Source of the DNA: Camelus dromedarius | Taxonomy: Eukaryota | Direction of reading: 5' to 3' | Length of the DNA: 64,000 bases | NCBI RefSeq assembly: GCF_036321535.1 | Contig: NC_087436.1 | Location: 13,330,001 to 13,394,000, forward strand | Translations under genes and position numbers: made by a program | The notes under the pieces: model-generated | The model's input: only the letters and a program-made list of their open reading frames with translations | Database searches by the model: none | Told to the model about the DNA's origin: nothing | Shown here: piece after piece, positions 14,371-25,550 of the stretch | How positions within the stretch are numbered: the first letter of the stretch is position 1 | How the letters are laid out: each line of letters begins with the position of its first letter

Positions 14371-15593
14371 TTTTTGTTTTTTTTTTTTTTTTTTTTGCAA
14401 ATGAAATCACATTCGTCCAGATTTTATTCGCTCAAAACTACTAGGGAAGCAGTAGGATTTGGTTTAAACACAGCCAAAGAGCAGGAATTTACCTTAGTGT
14501 TAACTCGGAAGCAATCCTGTTGTGAATGTTGTAGCCGGGGTCCGGCAGCATGGGGGCCGGGGCCCCGCTGTGTTCGCTGAGGAATCCCGCGGCTCTCTCA
14601 GTTCAGGCTCCGGCTCGCTAGAGGTGGACCCACTGTTGATGGCGTAGACGCTCTCTGCTACTCCCTGAGCTGAAGCACAGCCATCTGGCTCCTTCTTCTC
14701 CCTGGGACTAGACAGTCCTGGGAGGACAGCCATCCTCCCAGTCTGCCTGGTGGGCAGCAAGGACACGGTGTAGTCTGCAATGATCCCACTCATGTCTAAG
14801 TTGCACGCCTGGTCGAAGGCTAGGAAACCAATGTTGGCATTTGCCTCACACACCACAAAGGAGCCATCGTCCATGTTGAGGAGATCGATGCCACAGAAGT
14901 CCGTGTCCGTGATGTTGGACACCTGGATAGCCAGCTGCTTGCCTTGTTCCGTCAGTGGGCACATGACGCTCAGGCCACCAAGAGAGCAGTTGCTCTGCGT
15001 CCATCTGTCTGTACTGCAGCAAAGCATGGAGCCTATCACCTGGCCCCCAACAGCCACCACCCGGATATCCTTTCCACAGGACTCCTTCAGGAACAGGTAG
15101 GACACGTCAAGGCAGGTCAGATGGCAGATGTCTGAGAGGTGGTGTTTATCTCTTGTGAGAAAAATAGCTTTTCCCTGATGTCGGCGCGTGCTCTTCACCA
15201 CCACCGGCTAGCCCAGCGGCTCGGCTTCATCGATCATTTTGGAAAAGTCTTCATGCCCACCGTAGGAGAAGGTGTCTGGCATGGGGACCCCATGTCCAGC
15301 CAGCTCCTGGGACATCCAGAATTTGTTGATGCAGTTTAAAATGCCCTGTGGGCAGTTGACTAAGCGGCAGCCCAACTTCTCCAGGTGTCTCAGGACTGTG
15401 ATGTCACTATCCGATTGCACTGAGGGTGTGGGCACCCCGGACAAGCACCACATCTAGGAAAGCGGTGAGCGCCTTCTGGCTCAGCTGCAGGCCGAGGTTG
15501 CCGCCGACCGTGGTGTTGGCGATCTGGTCCAGGAGCATCGCCCGGAAGCGCACGTCCTGCTCAGAGCAGCACTGCTTCGGGGGCGCAGGATCT
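14371..15593 (-). pseudogene. RIMKLA: RIMKLA (NAAG synthetase II, ATP-grasp) processed pseudogene, antisense inside the PKM retrocopy
   Basis: Minus-strand frames give CSEQDVRFRA...[31 protein letters not shown]...DEAEPLG, and VVKSTR...[19 protein letters not shown]...[25 protein letters not shown]. Intronless. Stop at 14489-14491, AATAAA at 14423-14428, poly(A) at 14371-14396. Disabled by TAG at 15208-15210, frameshifts and a 3-codon deletion; lacks the first ~20 codons. Confidence 0.95.
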
Positions 15594-16448
15594 TCCCTGT
15601 GGTGTATAAGGACCCAGCGCAGGAGGCCTGGGCAGAGGACATGGACCTCTGGGTGAACTTGGCCACGAACGTTGGCAAGGCCCGAGGCTTCATCAAAACG
15701 GGAGATGTAGTCATTGTGCTGATTGGGTGGCGCCCTGGGTCTGCCTTCACCAACACCAGCAGGTCCTTCCTGGGCCATGATGGGCCCGGAGCCCCTCCTC
15801 CAGCCCCTGTCCCACCCGCCTTCCCCAACCCATCCATTAGGCCAGCAGCACTTGTAGTGCTCACTTGGGGCTGTAACGTGGCACTGGTGAGCTGGGATGT
15901 CAGGAAGACAATGCCTCTGTGAAACATGGCTGTTTGGAAGACCCTGTTTCGGTGCAGTAGTTCAGAGCTGGGTCCCCCATCATGTGGCCCCGTCCAAGCA
16001 AGGGACGAAGGAGGGCTGCAGGCAGGACTGGAGGCCCCAGAGCTTCACACAGAGGATGACAATTTTCCTTCTTCTTTTCCTTTGTGTACTCGTCTCAGTT
16101 CCTGCAGAAAATGATACCCAGAGAACTCCCAGCCCTGGCCTGGGATCAGGAGAGAGCCAGCAGAGTTAGGGCAGGGGGCAGTGGTTCCAGTTTCTGCAGA
16201 CTCTGGCTCCAGCCCTGGCCCTTACTTGCTTCTCCAACCCCCTTGGCCTCCCTCACTCCCACCTTGATCATTGGGCACGTCTGTTCCCTTCACTCCACTC
16301 GGCTGTCGCTGCAAACACTTCATCCTCTCCCTTCCTTCTTCCCAACTACTGCAGCTGTCTCCAGGCCTGTTGCTGTAGAGTACAGCCTATCTGTATGTCG
16401 ATAAACCACAGCTGAAGAAATAAATAAATAATAAATAAATAAATAGAC
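15590..16448 (+). pseudogene. PKM: PKM processed pseudogene, 3' piece (~residue 469 to stop, full 3' UTR, A-rich tail)
   Basis: IFPVVYKDPAQEAWAEDMDLWVNLATNVGKARGFIKTGDVVIVLIGWRPGSAFTNT, then a 1-nt frameshift before the native TGA (15778-15780). PKM-like 3' UTR ends 'gtcgataaaccacagctgaag', followed by an (AAAT)n tail from 16418. TSD aaataaataaaccta (14027-14041) vs aaacaaacaaaccta (16449-16463). Confidence 0.95.
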
Positions 16449-16885
16449 AAACAAACAAACCTAATTACTTCCCCCACCAATTAATTAATTAATTAATTAA
16501 ATGCTAAGTTTACTTAGTACATATACAAATGATTTAATTTTTTACTTTTTTAAAAATCAGTTTTAAAACCAAAATCCTTTAACTTAACCGAAAATCACAG
16601 CCAGGCCTATGAGCACTGCTTCTCAAGGATTTGGAAGGAGAAGCATGTGTTCGTCCTGTATCTCTCAGCTATGATGACCCAAACCCAACTCAGACTTAAG
16701 CAAAAGAAAGACTTACTGGAGTTACAAAATGAGATACTGGGGGTAAAGTTGGCCTCAAGGACCCCAAGGGACTCAAGATATGTCATCGAAGCTCACTCTC
16801 TTGCTCTCTGTACTTCTTGGCTCTGACTTCCTCTGTCTATTGGCCATATTCTCTTTCTTTCTTTTATTGAATATAAGCTTTCTCC

Positions 16886-16910
16886 GTGTGAGTGTGTGTG
16901 TGTGTGTGTG

Positions 16911-16950
<40 letters not shown>
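16886..16950. repeat. (TG)n microsatellite
   Basis: Directly visible, interrupted TG run. Confidence 0.95.
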
Positions 16951-16951
<1 letters not shown>

Positions 16952-17519
16952 TTAAGGGGTGTGACCATGGGCGGCACTGGCTCACCTGACTCCAGGTCAG
17001 CACTCCCAGTACAAGCACCCAGTGTGCACAGATACACTCACTCAAAGGTCTCTGTTGGGCCTCATCCTGGGCCAGTCGTGTTACCAGAGGGATTCTTGAC
17101 TACAATGGCTGGAATCTCGGTTGCAAAATGGTTTCATTGTCACCCATTTTTTCACTTTTATTCATGCACGTCCGGGATTGTCTTGAAAACATTTTCCCCC
17201 TCAACAAGTTGCTAGAATCTAGTTGGCATCTGTTGGCTTGGTCTGCCCAAGATCCTGTGTCCCCCTCTTTCACTTGGGGAAGCCCTCCCATCCTGCTACA
17301 TGTGGCTTTGAGGGTGGGGAGCTGTGGTTCACAGCATTCTGCCTCCCTGCCCACTGGGATGGCCAGTCATAGTGGGAGTCAAGAGATTCTTAGGCTTTGC
17401 AGGCAGCGATCATGTTCAGAAAACAAGCAACTGGTATGGGATGGAAGACATCTACCTATACAGGCGGGCAGGAACTGAAATCATTGTTAACACAAAGCTG
17501 TGACTACAATTCATCCCCA

Positions 17520-17970
17520 ATATCCATTAGCCGTATTCCATAGTAACTAAGTCCCCAGCTGTAAGTTGGACACACTCCAGTTTATATTTTTACATATGAG
17601 TGGTCATGTGCCTAAGTTCTGGCTGAAGAGTGTAAGACAAAAATGCTTTTATGTTTTGTGAAAAGGCAGTAGGGTAGGCCCTTTGCCCATTTTTTTCTTT
17701 ATTCCTTCTCCATTTCTGTTAGCTGGAATGGAGATACAATGGTTGGAGTTAGAGCAGCCGTAATGGAACATGAGGTAACTTGGGATGAAAAGAAGGCATG
17801 ACAGAAGAACAAAACAAAATTTGCCAGGGTCCCTGAGGATTCATGGGCAGAACAGCCATCTGCACTATCTACTTCCCAACTTCAGCTGGAGAGAAATAAA
17901 TTTCTATCTTGTTTAAACTACTGATGTTTTGGACCTCTGTTACTTACAGCCAAACCAAATCTTAACTGAG
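17520..17970 (+). mobile_element. Old MaLR LTR (MLT1J/K-like)
   Basis: 'gtggtcatgtgcctaagttctggc', 'gagagaaataaatttctatcttgtttaaactactg...ctctgttacttacagccaaacc'. Confidence 0.7.
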
Positions 17971-19414
17971 TCTAGAAATAAAGGAATATTTAATCATGCC
18001 AGGACATAGGTACTAGGTACCTAAGTTGGCAGATGGGACTAATGAAGTGTTAGGGGATGCTTTTTAAAGTTAACTTTCAGGAACTTGCAAGTCACATGAA
18101 TCAAACTACTCCTCCACTTAGGACATTCTCCTCGCAAGACCATCCTCATCTCCCCTGTGTTCATAGGAGGGCAGTTTTGTTTTGTAAAATATCCTAACTG
18201 ATGAATTAAGTTCAGACCGAAAATCGTTCTTCCCCGACGGCTCAGCACGCTGGAGCACGAGTCAGAGCAGCTCTCTTGGCCTGAAGGCCGTTTCCTTATA
18301 AGACTCGCCTCTGCTCTGCAAGTCCTCTGGCCTCGCCAACATCCTACAAGTGTTCAAGCCAGAGCCTGGTCAACCACTGCTGTGGAGCTGACAGATTCTT
18401 GGCTCTTCTGAGTCCTCTCTTTTTTTTTTTTTTTTTTTTTGTCTGAGTGACTAAGTAGGTCTAGTTAGGTTTATTATAAGAACAAAAGTTCTTCTGGAAA
18501 GCTAATTCTTGAGAATGGTTGAAATGAAAAATAAAACCCCCCTCCCCACCCTTCAGCGTCCAGCCTGATTTAAGCAGATGAAAACGCCAGCGTTTCTGAA
18601 CCCAAGGCTCTACGTGCGATGTAGAATACAAAGTGCCTTTTCCAGCCATCGTGACAGGAAAAGAACGCACAGGTTTCTCAGGAGAACGCGGCATGGCCCA
18701 CGCTGATCTAATTTATAGCCCTTCCTGCCAGGAAATAAAACCTCAGGGTTGTGGCTCCTAGTCAATGATTATTTGATATTTTTTTTTGTATTCAGTGCAT
18801 ATTTGGAAATAGTTTTAAATTGGGTTTTTTTAATTACCGATGAAGAGAAAGAACTCCTCTTAACTTCTAAACAGCCACATGGCAAAGCCCTGCTTACCCG
18901 GAGAAGGACATTAACAGTATAGGACCACGCGGGGAAATGAGACAGTTTACAATGTTAGTCTGTGAAGGGTGCGTGATGCTGTATTGGTGCTGGTTTTCCA
19001 CCTTAGCCACAGTCACTTGGAATAAGGTCCCCGGCCGGCCAGAACTCTTGTTTTCGCTTTCTCTCTTCACTGGGAGAGGGCCGTTGATAGTCGGCCCCTG
19101 ACCTGAGTGTACACACAAGTAAGGGTGTGTCTGCTGAGAGAGGACAAGGTGTGTGGCGGTGCCCCAGGTACTGGTCAGGGACAGCAAGCCTTCGTGTGAG
19201 AAATCTGCCTTGGAAGCTTCGTACTGTCAGGGGAAGGTGGTTTTTAAAAGTCTCTGTGTTGACCTTCTGATATTTTCTCAAATGTAAATCTATTTCAAAG
19301 GCACTATTCAAAGGACTATTTTTAAAAAGAACCTATAAGAAAACACCATATTTAAAAGATTTTTTAAAGTTTCATCAGTTCTGAAGGCGTGTTTGATTTA
19401 TCTTGATACCCCAC

Positions 19415-19875
19415 TGCTGTGCTGGCTTCCTAGGGCTGCTGTGACAAATGACCACGAACTTGGTGGCTTAAAACAACAGATATTTATTCTCTCACAGCTC
19501 TGGAAGCCAGGAGTCTGCAATTCAAGTGTCAGCAGGGTCTGTTCCTTCTGGGGCGCTGAGGGAGAATCTTTCCCTGCCTCTTTCCCAGCTTGGGGTGACG
19601 ATTCTTGGCGCTTCTCAGCTTGTTAATGCATCGCTCCAATCTCAGCCTCCTTCTTCTCATGGCTTCCCTGTCTCTGTGTCTGTGTGTCTTCTGCTTTTCT
19701 GACTCTTATAAGGACACCTATCACTGGATTGACAGGTGTGTTTATAAGAGCCCAGCCTGACCCAGGATGATCTCATCTTGAGATCCTTCCCTTAATTACA
19801 GTGGCAAAGACCCTTATTCCAAAGGTCATGTTCGCAGATTCAGGGTGCACGTGTGTTTGGGGGCCACACTCACCC
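19415..19875 (-). mobile_element. MaLR LTR (MLT1 family)
   Basis: 'ttcctagggctgctgtgacaaatgaccacgaacttggtggcttaaaacaacagatatttattctctcacagctctggaagccagg...aattacagtggcaaagacccttattccaaaggtc'. Confidence 0.9.
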
Positions 19876-22800
19876 ACCGCAGCGGTGATGGTGTCACCCT
19901 CCTGGAAGTCCCCAAGGTTCACACGCTTGGCTTCATCTTTAATCTTTCTTCTTCTCTCTTTCCTTTGTTCCAATTTCTGCTTCCCTTCTCCTGGGACGCA
20001 TGCACAACGTTACAGTGTTGGACAAACTGCAGCAAGGCAGAGACATCTATAAATATGAATATAATAATAGTATTTTTAATCTTATTGAAAGACATGCAAC
20101 ATAGAACTCGGTTCAAAGTTCTTAAGCATAAAGTTTTGGATTCCACAAGGAAACAAAATTTACAAATTAAAGACAACATAAGTGGAAGACCAATACAATT
20201 CAAATATAATCATTCCAAAAGGTTTTTAGTGAGTGTCTATGGTGTGCCGGGCACTGTCAGAGGTGCAGGAAACACAACCAAAAATGCCTGCCCTCCAGGA
20301 TTACGTTACAGTATATCAGCAACTAGTCGTGACCATGCCACGGCTCGATTTGCCATGTGACAATCTGGGACCACCTGCTACTGGGCAGCGTCATGTGAGT
20401 CCAGCAGCTCTGTGCTACTGTTTCCCATCTATCAACCCAATCCAGCAAGCTCTTTTCTCTACTTCGGCAGCTGCGGACATCTCTGCAGGGTGAGCTGGGA
20501 CATCGCTGGCACAGCTGCCTCGTACACATATTAAACCCATTTTTTTTCTCTTCTTATTATCCCTCAGCCATTAAACAGTACATTACTCCGCCACACTGGT
20601 CCATTTCCTTGCGTACCAAATCAACATGCCACCATAGTACATAGTTTAAGAGACCCAAATTTTGCTCTACGAAAGTTCCTTTGGAGTGCAAATATCAGTG
20701 CCAACAAGTAATTTTTGTCTTTGGATCTGATTATAATAAGTTAATATCCACTGTCTGGATCTTTTTTTTTTTTAATGACTTCATCAGGACTTCCACTATT
20801 TCAAGAGTCTTAACTCCAGAAGCTCACTAGCGTGGAAAAACACTCGCCCCACCCCAGTATTTTATGAAAGTACATACTCTTGTTTTTTCTTTGCAGGGTT
20901 TAGGTTAAGAAATGGGATTCCTAAAATATATTTGTCAAATTTCAATTTAATGCTTTAAATTTAATACTTTGATTTAGGGGTTACCTGGTAAACCATGAAA
21001 ATCCAGAATTATCACAACTCCATCTTACTGGCAGGGGAGACAGAGAGAGAGAGAGACTCTTGTGATTCCACAGAGACCACTTATGGTCATTTGCACAACC
21101 TTGCTGCCCCAGCCACCTCTGAATTTCCAGTCTATTCACTAAAGCAAATACCCTAGAGCTAATCATTCTTTATCACCATGAAGATTGTTGTTGTTGTTGT
21201 TACAATTATTTGAAAATCATTTAGGATGATTTTGTTCTTTGGGCACATCCGGTGTTTGGGGTCCTGGATGAACAACCCTCTACTGAACAGCGACAGGTGA
21301 GGAAGGGTTATTGTGATTTTGACATTAGAAGCGGCCAGCCTAATAGCAGCCAGACATACTTAGCAGCATATCTAAAAGTGAAACACTATCATTTTGGTAA
21401 TTACACGGTGCCCACAGTCAACCACGGATACAAAGACAACACAACAGCTAAATCCCACAGCAGCGTTCACTTGTCGTGTGGTCATCCAGTTGATTAGAAA
21501 AGAAAGGCAGCGTTTTCACATTCTTAAGAAAGGACTCGCTGACCCTGGGAATGTGCCTGTAGACCCTGCCTGGGAAACACAGACCTACCACACATTTCAG
21601 ACTTGCTTTGTCCACCCCCGGTGCCTACTAGGATGAATCCTGTCCCTTGGTCCCGGCCATACCTTCACTCTCTGCCTCTGCTCCCATCCACTCCGACCCA
21701 CCCTCAACACAGCAGCCTGGTTAATTACCCTCAGTTCAACCAACAGCTTTTGAGACCTACTGTCTGCCAGCTTCAGTGCAAGGTCCTGGGAATAACAGAG
21801 CGAAAGAGACCATGTCTGTGTGCAAGGAACACTCAGACCCGTATTCTCAAGGGAGCCCTCTCTTAGAACAGCCTTGATCCCCTCCCCTCCTTCAGTCTTC
21901 AGAATGTTTCCTTCGCTCCTTTCTTCCCAGACCCCTCTCCCCATAATACCTTCTGTAACTCGCCCAGCAATGAGGCAGAACCCTCGGCTTTCACAGTAAG
22001 TTCAGACTTTTATGTATACATTTCCATATATTTTTCCCAGAGTCTGTGTTACCTTTTTTCTTTAAACTGTGAGCTCCTTAGAAGTGAGGGCTTTGGGTCC
22101 TCGATTCATTCTTTCAATGAGTATTTCCTCACCCCAATCACTCCTTCTCAGGAGGCAAACATTTTCTCCTCTGTTCTTCGAGTGACCTATCTGGTACCCA
22201 ATTCAGTCTGAAAATTAACCCAAGACTCTATGAAAGAGCAAAAAGTTTTTGCTTCCAAGGCTTATAGCACTTGAAACCAGCCCGGATGGGACTGGGACCG
22301 GCGTCTGGAATTTCAGAAGCCAGGCAGTCTAGAGAGTTAGGCTGGGCCTTCTGGTCTCCCCAAACCCTACACTACTAGACTGAGGACACCCTGCAGAGGC
22401 CCCTGCCCGCCTGGAGTCTGGATCTCGGACTCTCCACACAGTGGTTTGTGGGCTCCCTTTAACATTTGCTCAGCCTTCCCTTGGGATCCACCCTGAGTCA
22501 CATCCTCCGTTTGCTCTTTTTGCTCCAAATTGTTTATATTTTATCATCTGATAGGAGAAACAGGCCAAGTTTTAAATTATGACTGCCCAGGGCAATTCGA
22601 AGGTTTTGTAACACCTACAATGTCCAGAAGACGAGATCAAGACCATCGAATTACCTAATAAAGTAACGCATAAAATAACCCATGGATCTCAAGCAAGGGG
22701 GGGCTGCAATGACAGAGAGATGCAGAAGCACCCACATTCGTTCCTTCCATCATAAACCATCCTCCAAGATTCTCCACAGAAGCACACACACACCACACAA

Positions 22801-22929
22801 GAAGAGCAGCAAACACTCTTCTAAGGCCATTTCATATAATAACTCACTTAATCCTCATCACAGCCCCATGAGGGGCATAGTAGTATTACCCACGTTTTGA
22901 TAGACATGGAGATACTGAGTCACCAAGAT

Positions 22930-23260
22930 CCCTCTTCAGCGAGGGGAAGCGTGGTCAGCAGACAGCCTCCAGCTGCCTCAGGGTCCATCTCAGCTGCAGA
23001 GCAGTCCTGACCCAGTCCCTCTCTTCCCGCAGGCAGCCTGTGTCAGGGGCGCGGGTGGGGTGCGAGGCCAGACCCCTTCCCTGCCCAGGGATAACTGCCT
23101 GCAGGGCTCCCAGCTGGCTTCACGCCCATCTTGTCAGGTCTGCGTCACTGTTTGAATTTCCCCTCCGCCCGGTACCCTTCCTCCCTCTCCCTTTTACAGC
23201 TGCTGGTCTCTCATCAACCACCCTGCTCACCAAGTCTGTGTACTTCTACGGATCCCCAGT
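22930..23260 (+). mobile_element. ERVL LTR remnant (LTR16-like), apparently inside a MIR
   Basis: 'ggtcagcagacagcctccagctgcctcagggtccatctcagctgcagag' resembles LTR16-type LTRs; MIR pieces flank it at ~22830-22920 and ~23268-23390. Confidence 0.5.
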
Positions 23261-24983
23261 GACATGCATTTTACAGATGAAGGAGTGAAAGAAGAGGGTT
23301 ACCTCATCAGTAAGTATCGGAAGCAAAATTTTAGGCAGGAAGTCTGGCTCCAGAATCCACATGTTTTCAACATTTGTCTATACTGCCAGTAAGAGTCAAA
23401 GGACTCAAGATTGTTCCCCTCCGAAACTTAAATTCGCCTTAAATCCTGCAGCCTCAGGGCTGTGAGAAAGGATGAAGGGGGCTCTCTGCTTCTCTTCCAT
23501 TGCCCATATCCAAGTTATTCTGCTGGACTGAGTATCGGATCACCCTGTAGCTTTTATTTTAGGAGCCCTCTCAGCTGGGCGATCGCAATAAGGAGCACAC
23601 AAAACTATGAAATGAGCTACTGGCAGGATGTACACGGGAGTCTTCTAAAGGGTTGTATTTGATTATCTCATCTTGGATGAAACAGAAGTCAAAGTGACAC
23701 TAATAGATTTAGGTTCCCGTCCTGGATACGTTTAGGTGTGGAAATATATGGACTTTGAGACAAGTGACCATAAACAAATGTTTTCATGCATTAGTGTTGG
23801 TAAATTTGCTTTTCTGAATGAGACAAAGCAGTTGAGAGAATAAAAATTAAATCCCCCGCCCCCACACCCATCGACTGCCACTCAATAAATCAATGCGAGA
23901 CGGGATGCTACTTCTGATAGGACAGCCTTGGGGGAGCAGGAACAGCGAAAGCTGACCCTCCTGCACAGCATGGGAGCAAAGGGGCGGGGGAGCACTTTAT
24001 ACAGAGGCACTGAGGCCTGCTCTGGGGGCACTGCCGTCCTATGGGCCGCACATTGTCTGGGGGATGTCCTGAGATCCACTTCAGCTCCACTGACCTCCCT
24101 GCGAGGAAATGGGCCAACCACCGAATGGACACCACCCAGAAACATCAGTGGTGGTCCCACAGGGGTCATTCCTGTCCCAGTCTATCCCCTGCCACATCCA
24201 ACCTAAAAAGGAAATATCCAGACTGTGAGGACTGAGCACTGGGACTGGGGGACACTTAGGGTGTGTGTGGCTGGCCTGGGGTTGGGTGAGGGGAAGAGCT
24301 GGATTTTATGTCACTTCCTCCTCCTCCAGCCGGGACACCCAGAAGACAGCCATGAAGACGTCTACTTCCTTTCTCAGGGGGCTTGTGGTGAACGCCCCAC
24401 ATGATTGTACCATGTGAACAGGCCGGGGAGAGTTCTTCAGTCTGAGTTCTGATAAGCTCCTCAGCTAACTCAGCAAAAGTATGCCACCGCAGCTGGGAAA
24501 CCAGCCACCAGCCCGCCTGGAAATCCAAGGAACCATCAGGAATTCATGTTGGCAAAGACCTCTCAGCAAAGCTCTAATCTTCCTTCCCTCCACTCTCGGA
24601 TGACTTTACCTCTACCCACCACGGGACTCGTACTTCTGCCCCCAGCACTTGGGACAAGCCCACGTACTTTGGGTCTGTGTACATCTTCACTACCCTGGTG
24701 GGTTTTGAGAGCATGCAGCTGGAATTCAATGTGTCAGGGAAAAATGAAAATGATTTTTTTCAGTTCCATGGAGTGATCTTTCTCATACCACTTCTGGGCT
24801 AGCTTTGGGTGTAAAACAAAGAGATGATATTCTAGAAAGATATGGTGGCCCTTTTTGCTGTGGGTCTTAAACTGGGAGTTTGCCTTCATAAATAAAATGA
24901 CTCCTTGAACTCTGATTGATCCTCTGAGGTTCCCCAGTAAAGGTAGGAAATGCCCTTCAGTGGGACTGTCAGTGATGCTCCAT

Positions 24984-25550
24984 GGGAATCATGGGAACTA
25001 AGCAGACATGAGCACAGGAATCATAGGTACATCAACAGGGGAATCATGGGAAGTAGGTAGACGTTGACATGTGAATCATAGGAAATAAATAGAAATGGAC
25101 CGAGGCATTGTGGGAACTAAGTAAACATTGACACAGGAATCATGGGAACTAAGTAGATGTTGACAGGGGAATCATGAGAAATAAACAGACGTGGATAGGA
25201 GAATCATGGGAACTAAGTAGATGGTGACATGGGAATCAAGGGAACTAAGTAGACATTGACAGGGAATCGTGGGAAATAAATAGAAATGGACCCAGGAATT
25301 GTGGGAACTAAGTAGACATCGACATAGGAATCATGGGAACTAAGTAGAGGTTGACATAGGAATCATGGGAAATAAATAGACACAGACACGGGAATCATGG
25401 GAACTAAGTAGAGGTTGACACAGGATTCATGGGAAATAAATAGACACAGACACGGGAATCATGGGAACTAAGTAGAGGTTGACACAGGAATCATGGGAAA
25501 TAAATAGACACAGACATGGGAATCATGGGAACTAAGTAGACCTCGACATA
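24984..25550. repeat. Minisatellite, ~18 copies of a 32-bp unit (ggaatcatgggaactaagtagaNNttgacaca)
   Basis: Units recur every 32 bp (e.g. 25327, 25359, 25391, 25423, 25455, 25487, 25519); two variant types. Confidence 0.97.

Larger units (their letters stand above)
13932..16498 (+). mobile_element. tRNA-derived Vic-1-like SINE, split into head 13932-14041 and tail ~16449-16498 by nested retrocopies
   Basis: Head has A box 'cagctcagtgg' and B box 'ggttcacaccc'. Tail 'aaacctaattacttcccccacc' matches the uninterrupted copy at 59386. Perfect 14-bp TSD aaatgctaagttta at 13918-13931 and 16499-16512. Confidence 0.9.

Noticed and set aside
14049..14444. 131-aa ORF as a pyruvate kinase gene
   Set aside because: 5'-truncated fragment that runs into the poly-T of the inserted retrocopy.
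14500..15204. 234-aa ORF as a functional RIMKLA gene
   Set aside because: GTG start directly after an in-frame TAG, upstream and C-terminal frameshifts, internal deletion, intronless with poly(A); a pseudogene fragment. RimK-like homology reflects the vertebrate gene, not bacterial transfer.
16479..16500. (TTAA)n palindromic run
   Set aside because: Explained as the slipped A-rich tail of the split SINE next to its TSD.
19845..20360. 171-aa plus-strand ORF
   Set aside because: Non-ATG start inside an MLT1 LTR, low-complexity composition, no homology recognised.
24984..25550. CRISPR-like array (constant part plus variable part)
   Set aside because: Mammalian DNA, no cas genes, and the variable parts are short and homologous to each other; it is a minisatellite.
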